DNA from: Acidobacterium sp. | GTDB taxonomy: Bacteria > Acidobacteriota > Terriglobia > Terriglobales > Acidobacteriaceae | DNA length: 27,876 bases | Reading direction: 5' to 3' | NCBI GenBank assembly: GCA_027323785.1 | Contig: DAHVZZ010000347.1 | Coordinates: forward strand, 1 to 27,876 | Part shown: positions 17,614 through 26,259 of the stretch, piece by piece | Layout: each line of letters begins with the position of its first letter | How positions within the stretch are numbered: position 1 is the stretch's first letter | The notes under the pieces: model-generated | Databases searched by the model: none | What the model was told of the DNA's origin: nothing | The model's input: only the letters and a program-made list of their open reading frames with translations | Program-made: the position numbers and the translations under genes

Positions 17614-17946
17614 ATGAAATGTGCCAATCCAAATTGCCAGAGTAGTCTGTTGTATCTGCGCGGCGGGACTCTCCGTCTGCTCGAACTTGAACCACACCCG
17701 GAAGATGGTGCGCCGGAGCTCAGCCGTGCCCCTTCTCCGGTTCACGCGCCGGCTCGCTACTTCTGGCTCTGCTCCCACTGCTCTCATATCTTCCGCCTCA
17801 GCCGCTGGACTGCGCGGGGACTGCTGCTCGAATCGCTGGATCCATCGGCGGAGCAGGAGAGGACCGTGCTCGTGGACCCCCATCCTGCCGTCAATCCGTC
17901 GTCTGTCTTTCACTTCCGTCGGCGTCCCGCGCGCGCCGCTTCATAG
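17614..17946 (+). CDS. Small hypothetical protein, putative zinc ribbon
   Basis: MKCANPNC...YLRGG...YFWLCSHC: two Cys pairs. Only plausible gene in an approximately 900-bp gap. Purine-rich AGGGG upstream of ATG. Confidence 0.65.
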   Translation: MKCANPNCQSSLLYLRGGTLRLLELEPHPEDGAPELSRAPSPVHAPARYFWLCSHCSHIFRLSRWTARGLLLESLDPSAEQERTVLVDPHPAVNPSSVFHFRRRPARAAS

Positions 17947-17983
17947 AGGGGTGTCAGCCAGCGGGGAGCGGCGCGGAACAGCT

Positions 17984-18015
17984 CGGCGATGGATAGATGG
18001 ATAAATGGATCGCCG
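17984..18015. repeat. Three tandem 8-mers (ATGGATAG ATGGATAA ATGGATCG) enclosed by a 7-bp inverted repeat
   Basis: Tandem units at 17989-18012; CGGCGAT (17984-17990) pairs with ATCGCCG (18009-18015). Confidence 0.6.
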
Positions 18016-18162
18016 CCGGAGCAAATCCCCGCCGCGTTCTGCTATCGCAAAATCCTTCGCGAAGCGCGGGTGACTCCGGTCACATACGTGCAGCCACGGT
18101 CACCATAGACTCTCGGCGAGCGAACGTGGCCATTCACCATCTCGCCGCTCCGGAGTTGCGCC

Positions 18163-20823
18163 ATGCCCGATCAGGAAATGATGCAACCGAAGCCGGAAAC
18201 TGCACGAGGAAAACCATCGCTGGACCCGCGCCTGCGGGCATTCTCCAGGCGCAGCGCCAGGCGCACGTTTTTCGCCCTCCTGCCGCCATTTCTTGCCGCG
18301 GCTCTGCAGAATCTGCTCTGGGGCGTGGTTCATCCATTTGCCTGGTTCCTTTCCTACCCCGCCGTTTTCTTCAGTTCCTGGTTCGGCGGCTTCCGCACCG
18401 GCCTCGCCGCAACTGTCATCAGTGCCCTGCTGGAGTGGTGGTTCTTCGTCCCGCCCGTGCACAACTTTCTGAAAAGCGACCTCCGGCTTCTCGTTCCAGC
18501 TGCCCTCTTCATCTCCACGGGCATTCTGTTCAGCCTCTTTCATGAGCGGCTCAGAAGATCCATCCGGGCGACTTCCGATGCCCTCGCCGAGCGCTCCCGG
18601 GCGGAGGCCGCCCTTCGCGAAAGCGAGAACAGCCTCCGTCGCGCCCAGGCCATCGCCCGGCTCGGCAGCTGGCGGCTCGATCTTTCCACCCATCGCCTCG
18701 TCGTCTCCGAGGAGTTTCCCCGCATTCTGGGTCTGGATCCGGAGGAACCTCTGGACTGGGAATCCTTCCGGGGCGTGGTTCACCCCGAAGATCGAGAGCG
18801 GGTTGAGCTGGCCTGGGCTCAGGCCCTCCGCGGAACGCCCTATGACATCGAGCATCGCATCGTTCCCCACGGCCAGGTCCTGTGGGTCCGCGAAATTGCT
18901 CAGGTGGAGTTCGACGCCACTGGCCGGCCCATCAGAGGCATCGGTACCGTCCAGGACATCACCCCTCGCAGAACCGTTCAGAACCGCCTCGAACTGATCT
19001 ATCGCGCCAACCGCGCCCTCAGCAAATGCAATCAGGCGCTGGTCCGCGCTACCGAGGAAGCTACGCTCCTCCAGCAAATCTGCGACATCGTCGTCCAGGA
19101 CGCGGGCTATCCGCTCTGCTGGGTGGGGCGGGCCGAGCAGGACGAAGCGCGTTCCGTGAGCGTCATCTCCCAGGCCGGATGGCAGAGCGGCTATCTCGAC
19201 GGGATTCAGATCACCTGGGCCGACTCCGAGCGAGGTCAGGGGCCAACCGGCACCTCCATTCGCACCCGAAAGATCGTTGCCGTCAGGGATATCGCCGCTG
19301 ACCCCCAGATGGCTCCCTGGCGAAACGAGGCCCTGCACTATGGCTACGCCTCCTGCCTGGCTCTGCCCCTGTTGCTCGAGGACCAAATCTTCGGCGCGCT
19401 GACTGTCTATGCTCCCGAACCCGACGCCTTTGGCCCCGAAGAAATCGCCCTCCTTTCCGAACTCGCCGGCGACCTCGCCTTTGGCATCTCCGCCTTGCGG
19501 ACTCGCGCCAGGCGCGCCGAAGCCGAGCAGGAACTCCTCTCCTTCAATGCCGAACTCGAGCAGCGCGTCCGCGCCCGCACCGAAGAGTTGCAGCAGGCCC
19601 GCGAACGCGAGGGCGAGATCGGCAATCGCATTCAGCAGAGCCTGCTGCTCGATCAGCCGCCCGCGCATCTGTCGTCCCTCAGCATCTCCGCGCTCAGCCT
19701 GCCCACCGAACGCATCGATGGCGACTTCTATGCGTTCGTCGAGCCGCGCGAAGGCTCGCTCGATGTGATCGTCGGAGACGTGATGGGCAAAGGCGTGCCT
19801 GCTGCGCTGCTGGGCGCGGCCACCAAGACCCATTTCCTTAAGGCCCTCGGCCATCTCACCGCCGGCGCCGCCGGCCCTCCCGAACCCCGCGAAGTCGTCA
19901 TGCGGACGCACGCCGAAATCGCCCACCGGCTCGTCGAACTCGAAAGCTTCGTCACCCTCTGCTATGCCCGCATCGACACCCGCAGAAGCCGCATCGATCT
20001 GGTCGACTGCGGCCATACCGGCGTCATCCACCTCCATGCCGCGACATCCCAGGCCAACCTCCTCCACGGAGACAACCTGCCTCTCGGCGTGCGTGAAGAA
20101 GAAGTCTATGACCAGATTTCCGCCACCATCGAATCCGGAGACATGCTGGTCTTCTTTTCCGACGGCATCACCGAAGCCCGCAATCCCGACGGAGATCTCT
20201 TCGGCATCGGACGCCTCCTCGACCGGGTTTGCAGCCTCGGCAGCGCCGCGCCCGCCGACCTCGTCAATGCCATCCGCGCCGCCGTCGCGGACTTCTGTCT
20301 CTGCCGCCATCTCGGCGACGATCTCACCGTCGTCGCCGTTCGCATCGAAGAAGTTGGAATCCCCGTCGCCCACGACGAATTCGCCATTGCCAGCGATCTG
20401 ACCGAGTTGCATCGCGTGCGCGAATTTGTGCGGGCCTTTTCCGGCAGTGCCTCGGCGCCTCTGCTCCCGCCTGAAGCGGTTCACGAGCTCGCCCTCGCCG
20501 CCAACGAGGTCGCCAGCAACATCGTGAAACATGCCTGCCGCGGCCAGCGCCATCGGCTGGTCGAAGTCGATGCCGAAGCCTACCCCGGACGCGTCATCGT
20601 TCGCCTCCGCCATTCCGGCGCCGTCTTCGTTCCGCCGCCTCCCTCGCTGCCCGCGCTGGATCTTCCGCGTGAGTCCGGCTTCGGCCTCTACATGCTCACC
20701 AAATCGGTGGACGAGGTCCACTACTACCGCGATGACCTCGGCAAAAGCTGTATCGCCCTCGTCAAATATCGCAACAACCGCACTCCCATCGGGAAAGTGA
20801 GGACAGATGGATATCCCGACTGA
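18163..20823 (+). CDS. SpoIIE/PP2C phosphatase fused to RsbW-like kinase domain (DUF4118-PAS-GAF-PP2C-HATPase_c)
   Basis: DUF4118 (YPAVFFSSWFGGFRTGL), PAS (VHPEDRERV..DIT), GAF (GQGPTG), PP2C (GDFY, GDVMGKG, FSDGITEA, DDLT), HATPase (ELALAANEVASNIVKHA, ESGFGLYML). RBS GGAG. Confidence 0.92.
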   Translation: MPDQEMMQPKPETARGKPSLDPRLRAFSRRSARRTFFALLPPFLAAALQNLLWGVVHPFAWFLSYPAVFFSSWFGGFRTGLAATVISALLEWWFFVPPVHNFLKSDLRLLVPAALFISTGILFSLFHERLRRSIRATSDALAERSRAEAALRESENSLRRAQAIARLGSWRLDLSTHRLVVSEEFPRILGLDPEEPLDWESFRGVVHPEDRERVELAWAQALRGTPYDIEHRIVPHGQVLWVREIAQVEFDATGRPIRGIGTVQDITPRRTVQNRLELIYRANRALSKCNQALVRATEEATLLQQICDIVVQDAGYPLCWVGRAEQDEARSVSVISQAGWQSGYLDGIQITWADSERGQGPTGTSIRTRKIVAVRDIAADPQMAPWRNEALHYGYASCLALPLLLEDQIFGALTVYAPEPDAFGPEEIALLSELAGDLAFGISALRTRARRAEAEQELLSFNAELEQRVRARTEELQQAREREGEIGNRIQQSLLLDQPPAHLSSLSISALSLPTERIDGDFYAFVEPREGSLDVIVGDVMGKGVPAALLGAATKTHFLKALGHLTAGAAGPPEPREVVMRTHAEIAHRLVELESFVTLCYARIDTRRSRIDLVDCGHTGVIHLHAATSQANLLHGDNLPLGVREEEVYDQISATIESGDMLVFFSDGITEARNPDGDLFGIGRLLDRVCSLGSAAPADLVNAIRAAVADFCLCRHLGDDLTVVAVRIEEVGIPVAHDEFAIASDLTELHRVREFVRAFSGSASAPLLPPEAVHELALAANEVASNIVKHACRGQRHRLVEVDAEAYPGRVIVRLRHSGAVFVPPPPSLPALDLPRESGFGLYMLTKSVDEVHYYRDDLGKSCIALVKYRNNRTPIGKVRTDGYPD

Positions 20824-21145
20824 ACAAAAGGGTAATGTCACAGTCGCTTCAATTTCGGTGAAGGAGCTGGACGCGGGCAATGTCGGCGACTTCAGACGTT
20901 CTCTCGTGCCCGTTCTTGAATCCTCGACCCACCTCGTCATGGACCTGACCCGCCTTGAGTTCGTTGACAGTTCAGGCCTGGGCGCCATCCTTTCCTGCCT
21001 GCGTCAGCTCAGCGCCAAAGGTGGCGACCTCAAGCTCTGCTGTATGACCACTCAGGTCCGCTCTGCCTTCGAGCTGGTCCGAATGCACCGCATCTTCGAT
21101 ATCTTCGATACGCCCGGCGAGGCAATCGCCGCTTTCGCAGGCTGA
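20807..21145 (+). CDS. STAS-domain anti-sigma factor antagonist (RsbV/SpoIIAA-like)
   Basis: ELDAGNV, LVMDLTRLEFVDSSGLGAI (phosphorylatable Ser motif), VRSAFELVRM..IF.IF. Overlaps the upstream gene by 17 bp. Confidence 0.95.
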   Translation: MDIPTEQKGNVTVASISVKELDAGNVGDFRRSLVPVLESSTHLVMDLTRLEFVDSSGLGAILSCLRQLSAKGGDLKLCCMTTQVRSAFELVRMHRIFDIFDTPGEAIAAFAG

Positions 21146-21158
21146 AGGAGGAGCTGCC

Positions 21159-23609
21159 ATGGCCGCGCAGTTAACCGCCGATGACAATGTATACGGCCTG
21201 CAACAGGCAATCTGCCGCCACGCCGTCGAATCGCTCGGACAGGACTGGCGCGATCTTTCCCTGGTCGACCGCTTCCATGCCGTGGCTCTCGCTGTGCGCG
21301 ACCGCATGATCGCCGGCTCTCTCGAAACCGAGAAGCGCTATCGCCAGAACAAATGCAAGCGCCTTTACTATCTCTCTATCGAATACCTCATCGGCCAGTC
21401 GCTCGGCGCCAATCTTCGTAGCCTGGGCCTCTATGACGCATGCCGTCAGGCGGTGGCGAATCTCGGCGGAGACCTGATGTCAATCGAGAATACCGAACCC
21501 GACGCCGCCCTGGGCAACGGCGGACTCGGCCGCCTCGCCGCCTGCTTCCTCGACTCTCTCGCCACCCTCGGCATGCCCGGCTTTGGCTACGGCATCAACT
21601 ATGAGTACGGCCTTTTCCGCCAGGAAATAGAAAACGGCTACCAGCGCGAAATGCCGGATAACTGGCTCGCCCAGGGCAGCCCCTGGCAGATTCCCCGTCC
21701 CGGCGAAACCTGCATCGTTCCCATCTATGGCCATATTGAGGAAGCCGTCGACCGCCACGGTGTCTATAACCCCATGTGGATGGGCTGGCGCGTGATTGTC
21801 GGCTTTGCCTGGGACATGCTGGTGCCCGGCTATGGCGGCCGCGCCGTTCATCCCCTCCGCCTCTATTCCGCCCGCGCTTCCCGCGAATTCGATATGCAGA
21901 TCTTCAATGACGGAGACTACTTCCGCGCCGTCGAGCAGAAAATCCAGTCGGAGATCATTTCAAAAGTCCTTTACCCGTCGGACGCGGTTGTTGCCAATCA
22001 GGAACTGCGCCTCGTTCAGGAATACTTCCTCGTCGCCTGTTCCCTTCGCGACATCCTGCGCCGCTTCCAGCGCGACTACAGCGACTTCCACGACCTTCCC
22101 GCTCACATCGCCATCCAGCTCAATGACACGCATCCCACTCTCGCCATCGTGGAGCTCCTGCGCATCCTCGTCGATGAAAAGGAGCTTCCCTGGGAGGAAG
22201 CATGGGAGATCACCCAAAAGACTTTCGCCTATACCAACCACACGCTCTCGTCTGAGGCTCTCGAGCGCTGGCCCGTGCCCCTCCTCAGCCGCGTATTGCC
22301 CCGTCATCTCCAGCTCATCGTCGAGATCGATCGTCGCTTCCGCCAGCAGATCACCGCCATCTCCCCGCCGCCTCCGGTAGCGGCAGAGCAGCTGGCCATC
22401 GTCGGCGGATTCGAGCCTCAGCAGGTCCGCATGGTCAATCTCGCCGTCGTCGGCAGCCACTCCGTCAATGGCGTATCCCCGATCCACAGCGGTCTCCTGC
22501 AGACGACTCTCCTCTCCGGCTTCCACGCCTTGTGGCCCGAAAAGTTCAACAACAAGACGAATGGCATCAGCCCGCGACGCTGGCTCCTCCATGCCAATCC
22601 TTCGCTGGCCCGCCTCATCACTTCAGCTATCGGCGATCGATGGATCACTGATCTGGAGCAGTTGCGCACCCTGGGCGATTTCGCCGGCGACTCCGCCTTG
22701 CAGCAGTCGCTCCGCGACGTGAAACACGCCAACAAACAGGCGCTCGCGGCGCTGGTCCGCGATCAGCTCCGCCTTTCCCTGGATCCCGCCTCGCTCTTCG
22801 ATGTCCAGATCAAACGCATCCACGCCTACAAGCGCCAGATCCTCAATGTACTGCACATCGTCTACGACTACCTCGTCCTGGTGGAAGATGGTGTCGCGCC
22901 ATCCATTCCGCGCACCTGGATCCTCGCCGGAAAAGCCGCACCCGGATACTGGCTTGCCAGGCAGATCATCAAGCTCATTCACGAAGTCGGCCGGATTGTG
23001 AATACAAATCCCCGCGCCGCCGACTGGATGAAAGTCGTCTTTATCCCTGACTACCGTGTTTCCCTCGCCGAAAAAATCATCCCCGCCGCCGATATCAGCG
23101 AACAAATCTCCACCGCCGGAACGGAAGCCTCTGGTACGGGCAATATGAAGCTGGCTCTCAACGGAGCCGTCATGGTTGGCACTCTTGACGGCACGAACCT
23201 CGATATCCGCGACGAAGTCGGCGAGGACAATATCTTTCTCTTCGGCCTTCATGCCAGTGAGTTGCAGGCCATGCGTGCCTCCCACGCCTATCATCCCCGC
23301 CAGCTCTGCCAGCAGGATGCGCGCCTCCAGCGCGTGGTCGATGCATTGCGTGCCAACCGGTTTTGTCCAGGCCAGCCAGGACTCTTCTCCTGGGTCGAGC
23401 AGATCATCCTCAACGATGCCGACGAGTACTTTCATCTCGCCGACCTGCCCCCTTACCTCGCCGCTCATCAGCGTTCCGCCGAGGCATTCCTCGACGCCAG
23501 CCGCTGGACGCGCATGTCTCTCATGAACATTTCCCGCGTCGGTCGCTTCTCCAGCGATCGCACCATCAGCGAGTACGCGCGCGACATCTGGGATATCCAT
23601 CCCTGCTGA
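21159..23609 (+). CDS. glgP: Glycogen/maltodextrin phosphorylase
   Basis: YYLSIEYLIG, LGNGGLGRLAACFLDS, QLNDTHP, AYTNHT, NKTNGISPRRW, KRIHAYKRQ, EASGTGNMK (PLP Lys), RFSSDRTI. RBS AAGGAGG. Confidence 0.97.
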   Translation: MAAQLTADDNVYGLQQAICRHAVESLGQDWRDLSLVDRFHAVALAVRDRMIAGSLETEKRYRQNKCKRLYYLSIEYLIGQSLGANLRSLGLYDACRQAVANLGGDLMSIENTEPDAALGNGGLGRLAACFLDSLATLGMPGFGYGINYEYGLFRQEIENGYQREMPDNWLAQGSPWQIPRPGETCIVPIYGHIEEAVDRHGVYNPMWMGWRVIVGFAWDMLVPGYGGRAVHPLRLYSARASREFDMQIFNDGDYFRAVEQKIQSEIISKVLYPSDAVVANQELRLVQEYFLVACSLRDILRRFQRDYSDFHDLPAHIAIQLNDTHPTLAIVELLRILVDEKELPWEEAWEITQKTFAYTNHTLSSEALERWPVPLLSRVLPRHLQLIVEIDRRFRQQITAISPPPPVAAEQLAIVGGFEPQQVRMVNLAVVGSHSVNGVSPIHSGLLQTTLLSGFHALWPEKFNNKTNGISPRRWLLHANPSLARLITSAIGDRWITDLEQLRTLGDFAGDSALQQSLRDVKHANKQALAALVRDQLRLSLDPASLFDVQIKRIHAYKRQILNVLHIVYDYLVLVEDGVAPSIPRTWILAGKAAPGYWLARQIIKLIHEVGRIVNTNPRAADWMKVVFIPDYRVSLAEKIIPAADISEQISTAGTEASGTGNMKLALNGAVMVGTLDGTNLDIRDEVGEDNIFLFGLHASELQAMRASHAYHPRQLCQQDARLQRVVDALRANRFCPGQPGLFSWVEQIILNDADEYFHLADLPPYLAAHQRSAEAFLDASRWTRMSLMNISRVGRFSSDRTISEYARDIWDIHPC

Positions 23610-23641
23610 TCGCCCGCGCAGACGCCGGCATGTTCGGCAAT

Positions 23642-23839
23642 CTACGTGTGCTCGGGATTCGAGCCCGGTTCGGGAAAGTCGGAGTCTGCCTCTTTGATCA
23701 GCGGATCGGATTCCCGATGGGGCAACTGTCCGGCGAGCCGGTCGTGTGCTTCTCCGGGCTTGGAGGCATTCGTGCCAGGCGCGGTATCTTCTGTCGCACC
23801 CTTCCTGATGTCCGAGTTTTTGGGAGTCCTGCCGGTCAT
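23642..23839 (-). CDS. Small (65 aa) hydrophilic hypothetical protein
   Basis: ATG 23839 with RBS GGAGGAG. Sequence MTGRTPKNSD...RLAGQLPHRESDPLIKEADSDFPEPGSNPEHT. This is the C-terminal part of track ORF 23642..24436. Confidence 0.6.
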   Translation of the reverse strand: MTGRTPKNSDIRKGATEDTAPGTNASKPGEAHDRLAGQLPHRESDPLIKEADSDFPEPGSNPEHT

Positions 23840-24089
23840 AGCTCCTCCAGTGCGGGAATCGGCGTACCGAAACGTGGATGCCGGTTGGGCATCGCGGCGC
23901 TGCCTGCGAATGGCCCGCATGCCATCCCGCGTTCTGTCGCGCTCTCTTTGCGCGAACGATCGAACGCTCGCAATTCTACTTCCCCCGGCGCGCTCTGCCC
24001 CTGGGCTGGAACTTGCAGGAGCCATTACGCCGGATTCGCCATCGTCCGTTCCATGCCTCGAAGAAGGGCCAGCCGAAGAAGCACTCCCC

Positions 24090-24728
24090 TCACGCGCCTC
24101 TGCGCTGCAGGTCCCTCTCCTGTTGCAGATAAATGCGATGATCGGCCCAGGAGATGCACCGAACCCAATCCGCCGGCACCATTGTGGCCTGATCGAGCAG
24201 CCATGTCTCGCCCTGAATGTCCAGAAATCCGATGCGCCAGTTGTGTTCATCCACTGCGAATCCCTGAAGTGTTCCGAGTCGCCCGTGGTTGCCCCACACT
24301 TCGTATCCCAGAAGGTATCCCACACTCCGCAGGTGCGGATCTTCCGTCGGGGGCACAGGATACAAAACTCCCGTCGGCAGCGACGTCGTCCCCAGCTCCT
24401 GGTCCACCCAGCAGGCCATCCGCCCAAAATACGCACGCATTGCGAGCTCCTGCTGCCGTGACACAGGCTTATGCGTATCCGCCGGGGGGCTTTCCTGTAT
24501 TTGTCGCCGGGTCAGGCGAACCCGAAAGATTCGCGACTCCCAGTTGAGCCGCTCGATGGCTTCGACCGGGACGATCACTTCCTGACGGCCCAGCCAGCTA
24601 CCAACGTCGACCACCATATAGCGGATCAGCCACGACTGGTCATCGAACAGGAAGGTCCCGATAGTGCCTACCCTTCCATCTGTCGCCAGAATCCTGGAAC
24701 CAATAAGATGCTTCAATTCGTGCAGCAT
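24090..24728 (-). CDS. PRC-barrel domain protein (tandem PRC repeats)
   Basis: LIGSRILATDGRVG..FLFDDQSWLIRYMVVDVGSWL, DPHLRS, and a second degenerate repeat. ATG 24728 with RBS GGAGGG. Confidence 0.85.
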   Translation of the reverse strand: MLHELKHLIGSRILATDGRVGTIGTFLFDDQSWLIRYMVVDVGSWLGRQEVIVPVEAIERLNWESRIFRVRLTRRQIQESPPADTHKPVSRQQELAMRAYFGRMACWVDQELGTTSLPTGVLYPVPPTEDPHLRSVGYLLGYEVWGNHGRLGTLQGFAVDEHNWRIGFLDIQGETWLLDQATMVPADWVRCISWADHRIYLQQERDLQRRGA

Positions 24729-24783
24729 AAGCCCTCCCCGCTGGAACGCTGCGCGCGCCAGGACAGAGCAATAAATCGTGCAG

Positions 24784-26259
24784 TTATGTGGCCCGCCGCG
24801 CCTTGCCTGGGGTTTTTGCGGCGGATATCTGTGCCATCGTCGACTTCGGTGTTTCCAGATACGAGCTAAATAGCTCGCACCAGCGAAATACATTCTCGTT
24901 GCGAACCTTGCGGCGCAACTTCCGCATCCGGCGCACCCGTTCGCGGGGATCCATGCTGAAGGCTTCGCACAGCGCTTCGGCCACCGCCTGGATGTCATAC
25001 GGATTCACCAGAATGCTCCCGTTGCGCAGCTGCTCGGCGGCTCCCGCGAATTCGCTCAGGATCAGCACCCCCTGGTCGCCAACCTGCGATGCGCAAAATT
25101 CCTTGGCGACAAGATTCATTCCGTCCTTCAGCGGCGTGATCAGTGCGATGTCTGCGGCTCGGTACAGCGCCAGCAGCTCAGGCCGGACCAGCGGGCGATG
25201 GATGTAGTGAATCGGCATCCACCCCGGATCGCCAAACTGACCGTTGACCTGGCTGACGAGCGTTTCGATCTCCAGACGCAGCTCGCGGTATTTGGGGATG
25301 TTCTCCCGGCTCGGAACCACAATCTGCACCAGACTCAGTTGGCGGCGCATTTCCTTATGGCTCGCCAGAAGATGCTGAAAAGCCTTCAGCCGGTCGGGAA
25401 CGCCCTTCGTGTAATCCAGACGATCGACGCCCAGCACCAGCTGTCGTCCGCGCATGTCTCGCCGGATTTCCGCCGCACGCTGCGCCACGATGGGCTGCTC
25501 GGACTGGCTGGCAAATTCGTCGAAGTCGATGCCGATCGGATAGCTGCGGATGTGCGTCACGCGATTGCCCGAATCGGTATGCACCTCATCGTCGCGGCGC
25601 TGAATCTCGACATCCGGCAGAAACTGGCGCACGCAGCTCAGAAAGTTGCGCTGGTCCCGTGGCGTCTGAAACCCAACCGCGTCGAACTGCAGAATCCCCC
25701 GCAGAATCTGGCTGCGCCATGGAAGCTTTTCAAAGATGTCCAGCGGCGGAAACGGAATGTGCAGGAAGAACCCAACCCGGCAGTGCAGCCCCTGATTGCG
25801 CAGATATTCGCCGACCAGCATCAGGTGATAGTCGTGCACCCATATCACCGACTCCGGCCTCGCAACTCGCACCACCGCGTCGGCGAATTTGCGGTTGACG
25901 TTGACGTAAGCCTTCCAGTACGTCGGATCGAAATTGCAGCGCGACTGAAGATCGTGAAACAGCGGCCACACAATCTCATTCGAGAACCCGGCATAGAATC
26001 CCTTTCGTTCCGCTGCCGTGAGCGAAACAGAGATCAGATGATAGCCGTGCTCTGAATGGCTCTCCTCAAGAAGCCGATCGATGTCGTCTTCATACCCTTC
26101 GCCCGCCCACCCGATCCAGTATCCCTTGCGGGTTTTCAGAACCGGCCGCAGAGCTGTTACCAGCCCCCCGGAACTCGGATTCAGGATCGGGCCGGACGGA
26201 CCCATTTCAATGGTTGTCGGCAGCCGGTTGGAAACCAGAATCAGATCGCCCTGCTTCAT
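24784..26259 (-). CDS. otsA: Trehalose-6-phosphate synthase (canonical soluble OtsA)
   Basis: [74 protein letters not shown] 26259 with RBS GGAGGG and ATGA overlap with otsB. Confidence 0.95.
   Translation of the reverse strand: MKQGDLILVSNRLPTTIEMGPSGPILNPSSGGLVTALRPVLKTRKGYWIGWAGEGYEDDIDRLLEESHSEHGYHLISVSLTAAERKGFYAGFSNEIVWPLFHDLQSRCNFDPTYWKAYVNVNRKFADAVVRVARPESVIWVHDYHLMLVGEYLRNQGLHCRVGFFLHIPFPPLDIFEKLPWRSQILRGILQFDAVGFQTPRDQRNFLSCVRQFLPDVEIQRRDDEVHTDSGNRVTHIRSYPIGIDFDEFASQSEQPIVAQRAAEIRRDMRGRQLVLGVDRLDYTKGVPDRLKAFQHLLASHKEMRRQLSLVQIVVPSRENIPKYRELRLEIETLVSQVNGQFGDPGWMPIHYIHRPLVRPELLALYRAADIALITPLKDGMNLVAKEFCASQVGDQGVLILSEFAGAAEQLRNGSILVNPYDIQAVAEALCEAFSMDPRERVRRMRKLRRKVRNENVFRWCELFSSYLETPKSTMAQISAAKTPGKARRAT

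Noticed and set aside
18100-20988. 962-aa minus-strand ORF spanning the PP2C-kinase gene
   Set aside because: Antisense shadow. No recognisable motifs, and GC-rich coding DNA rarely uses TTA/CTA/TCA, so the mirror frame stays open.
22813-22839. KRIHAYKRQ instead of KRIHEYKRQ in GlgP as a sign of inactivation
   Set aside because: As I recall, the HAYKRQ variant occurs in other bacterial phosphorylases, and the Lys/Arg phosphate ligands and PLP-Lys motif are intact.
23840-24436. Cys/Trp-rich N-terminal part of track ORF 23642..24436
   Set aside because: An alternative frame over the PRC-barrel gene plus intergenic DNA; only the RBS-supported last 65 codons look real.
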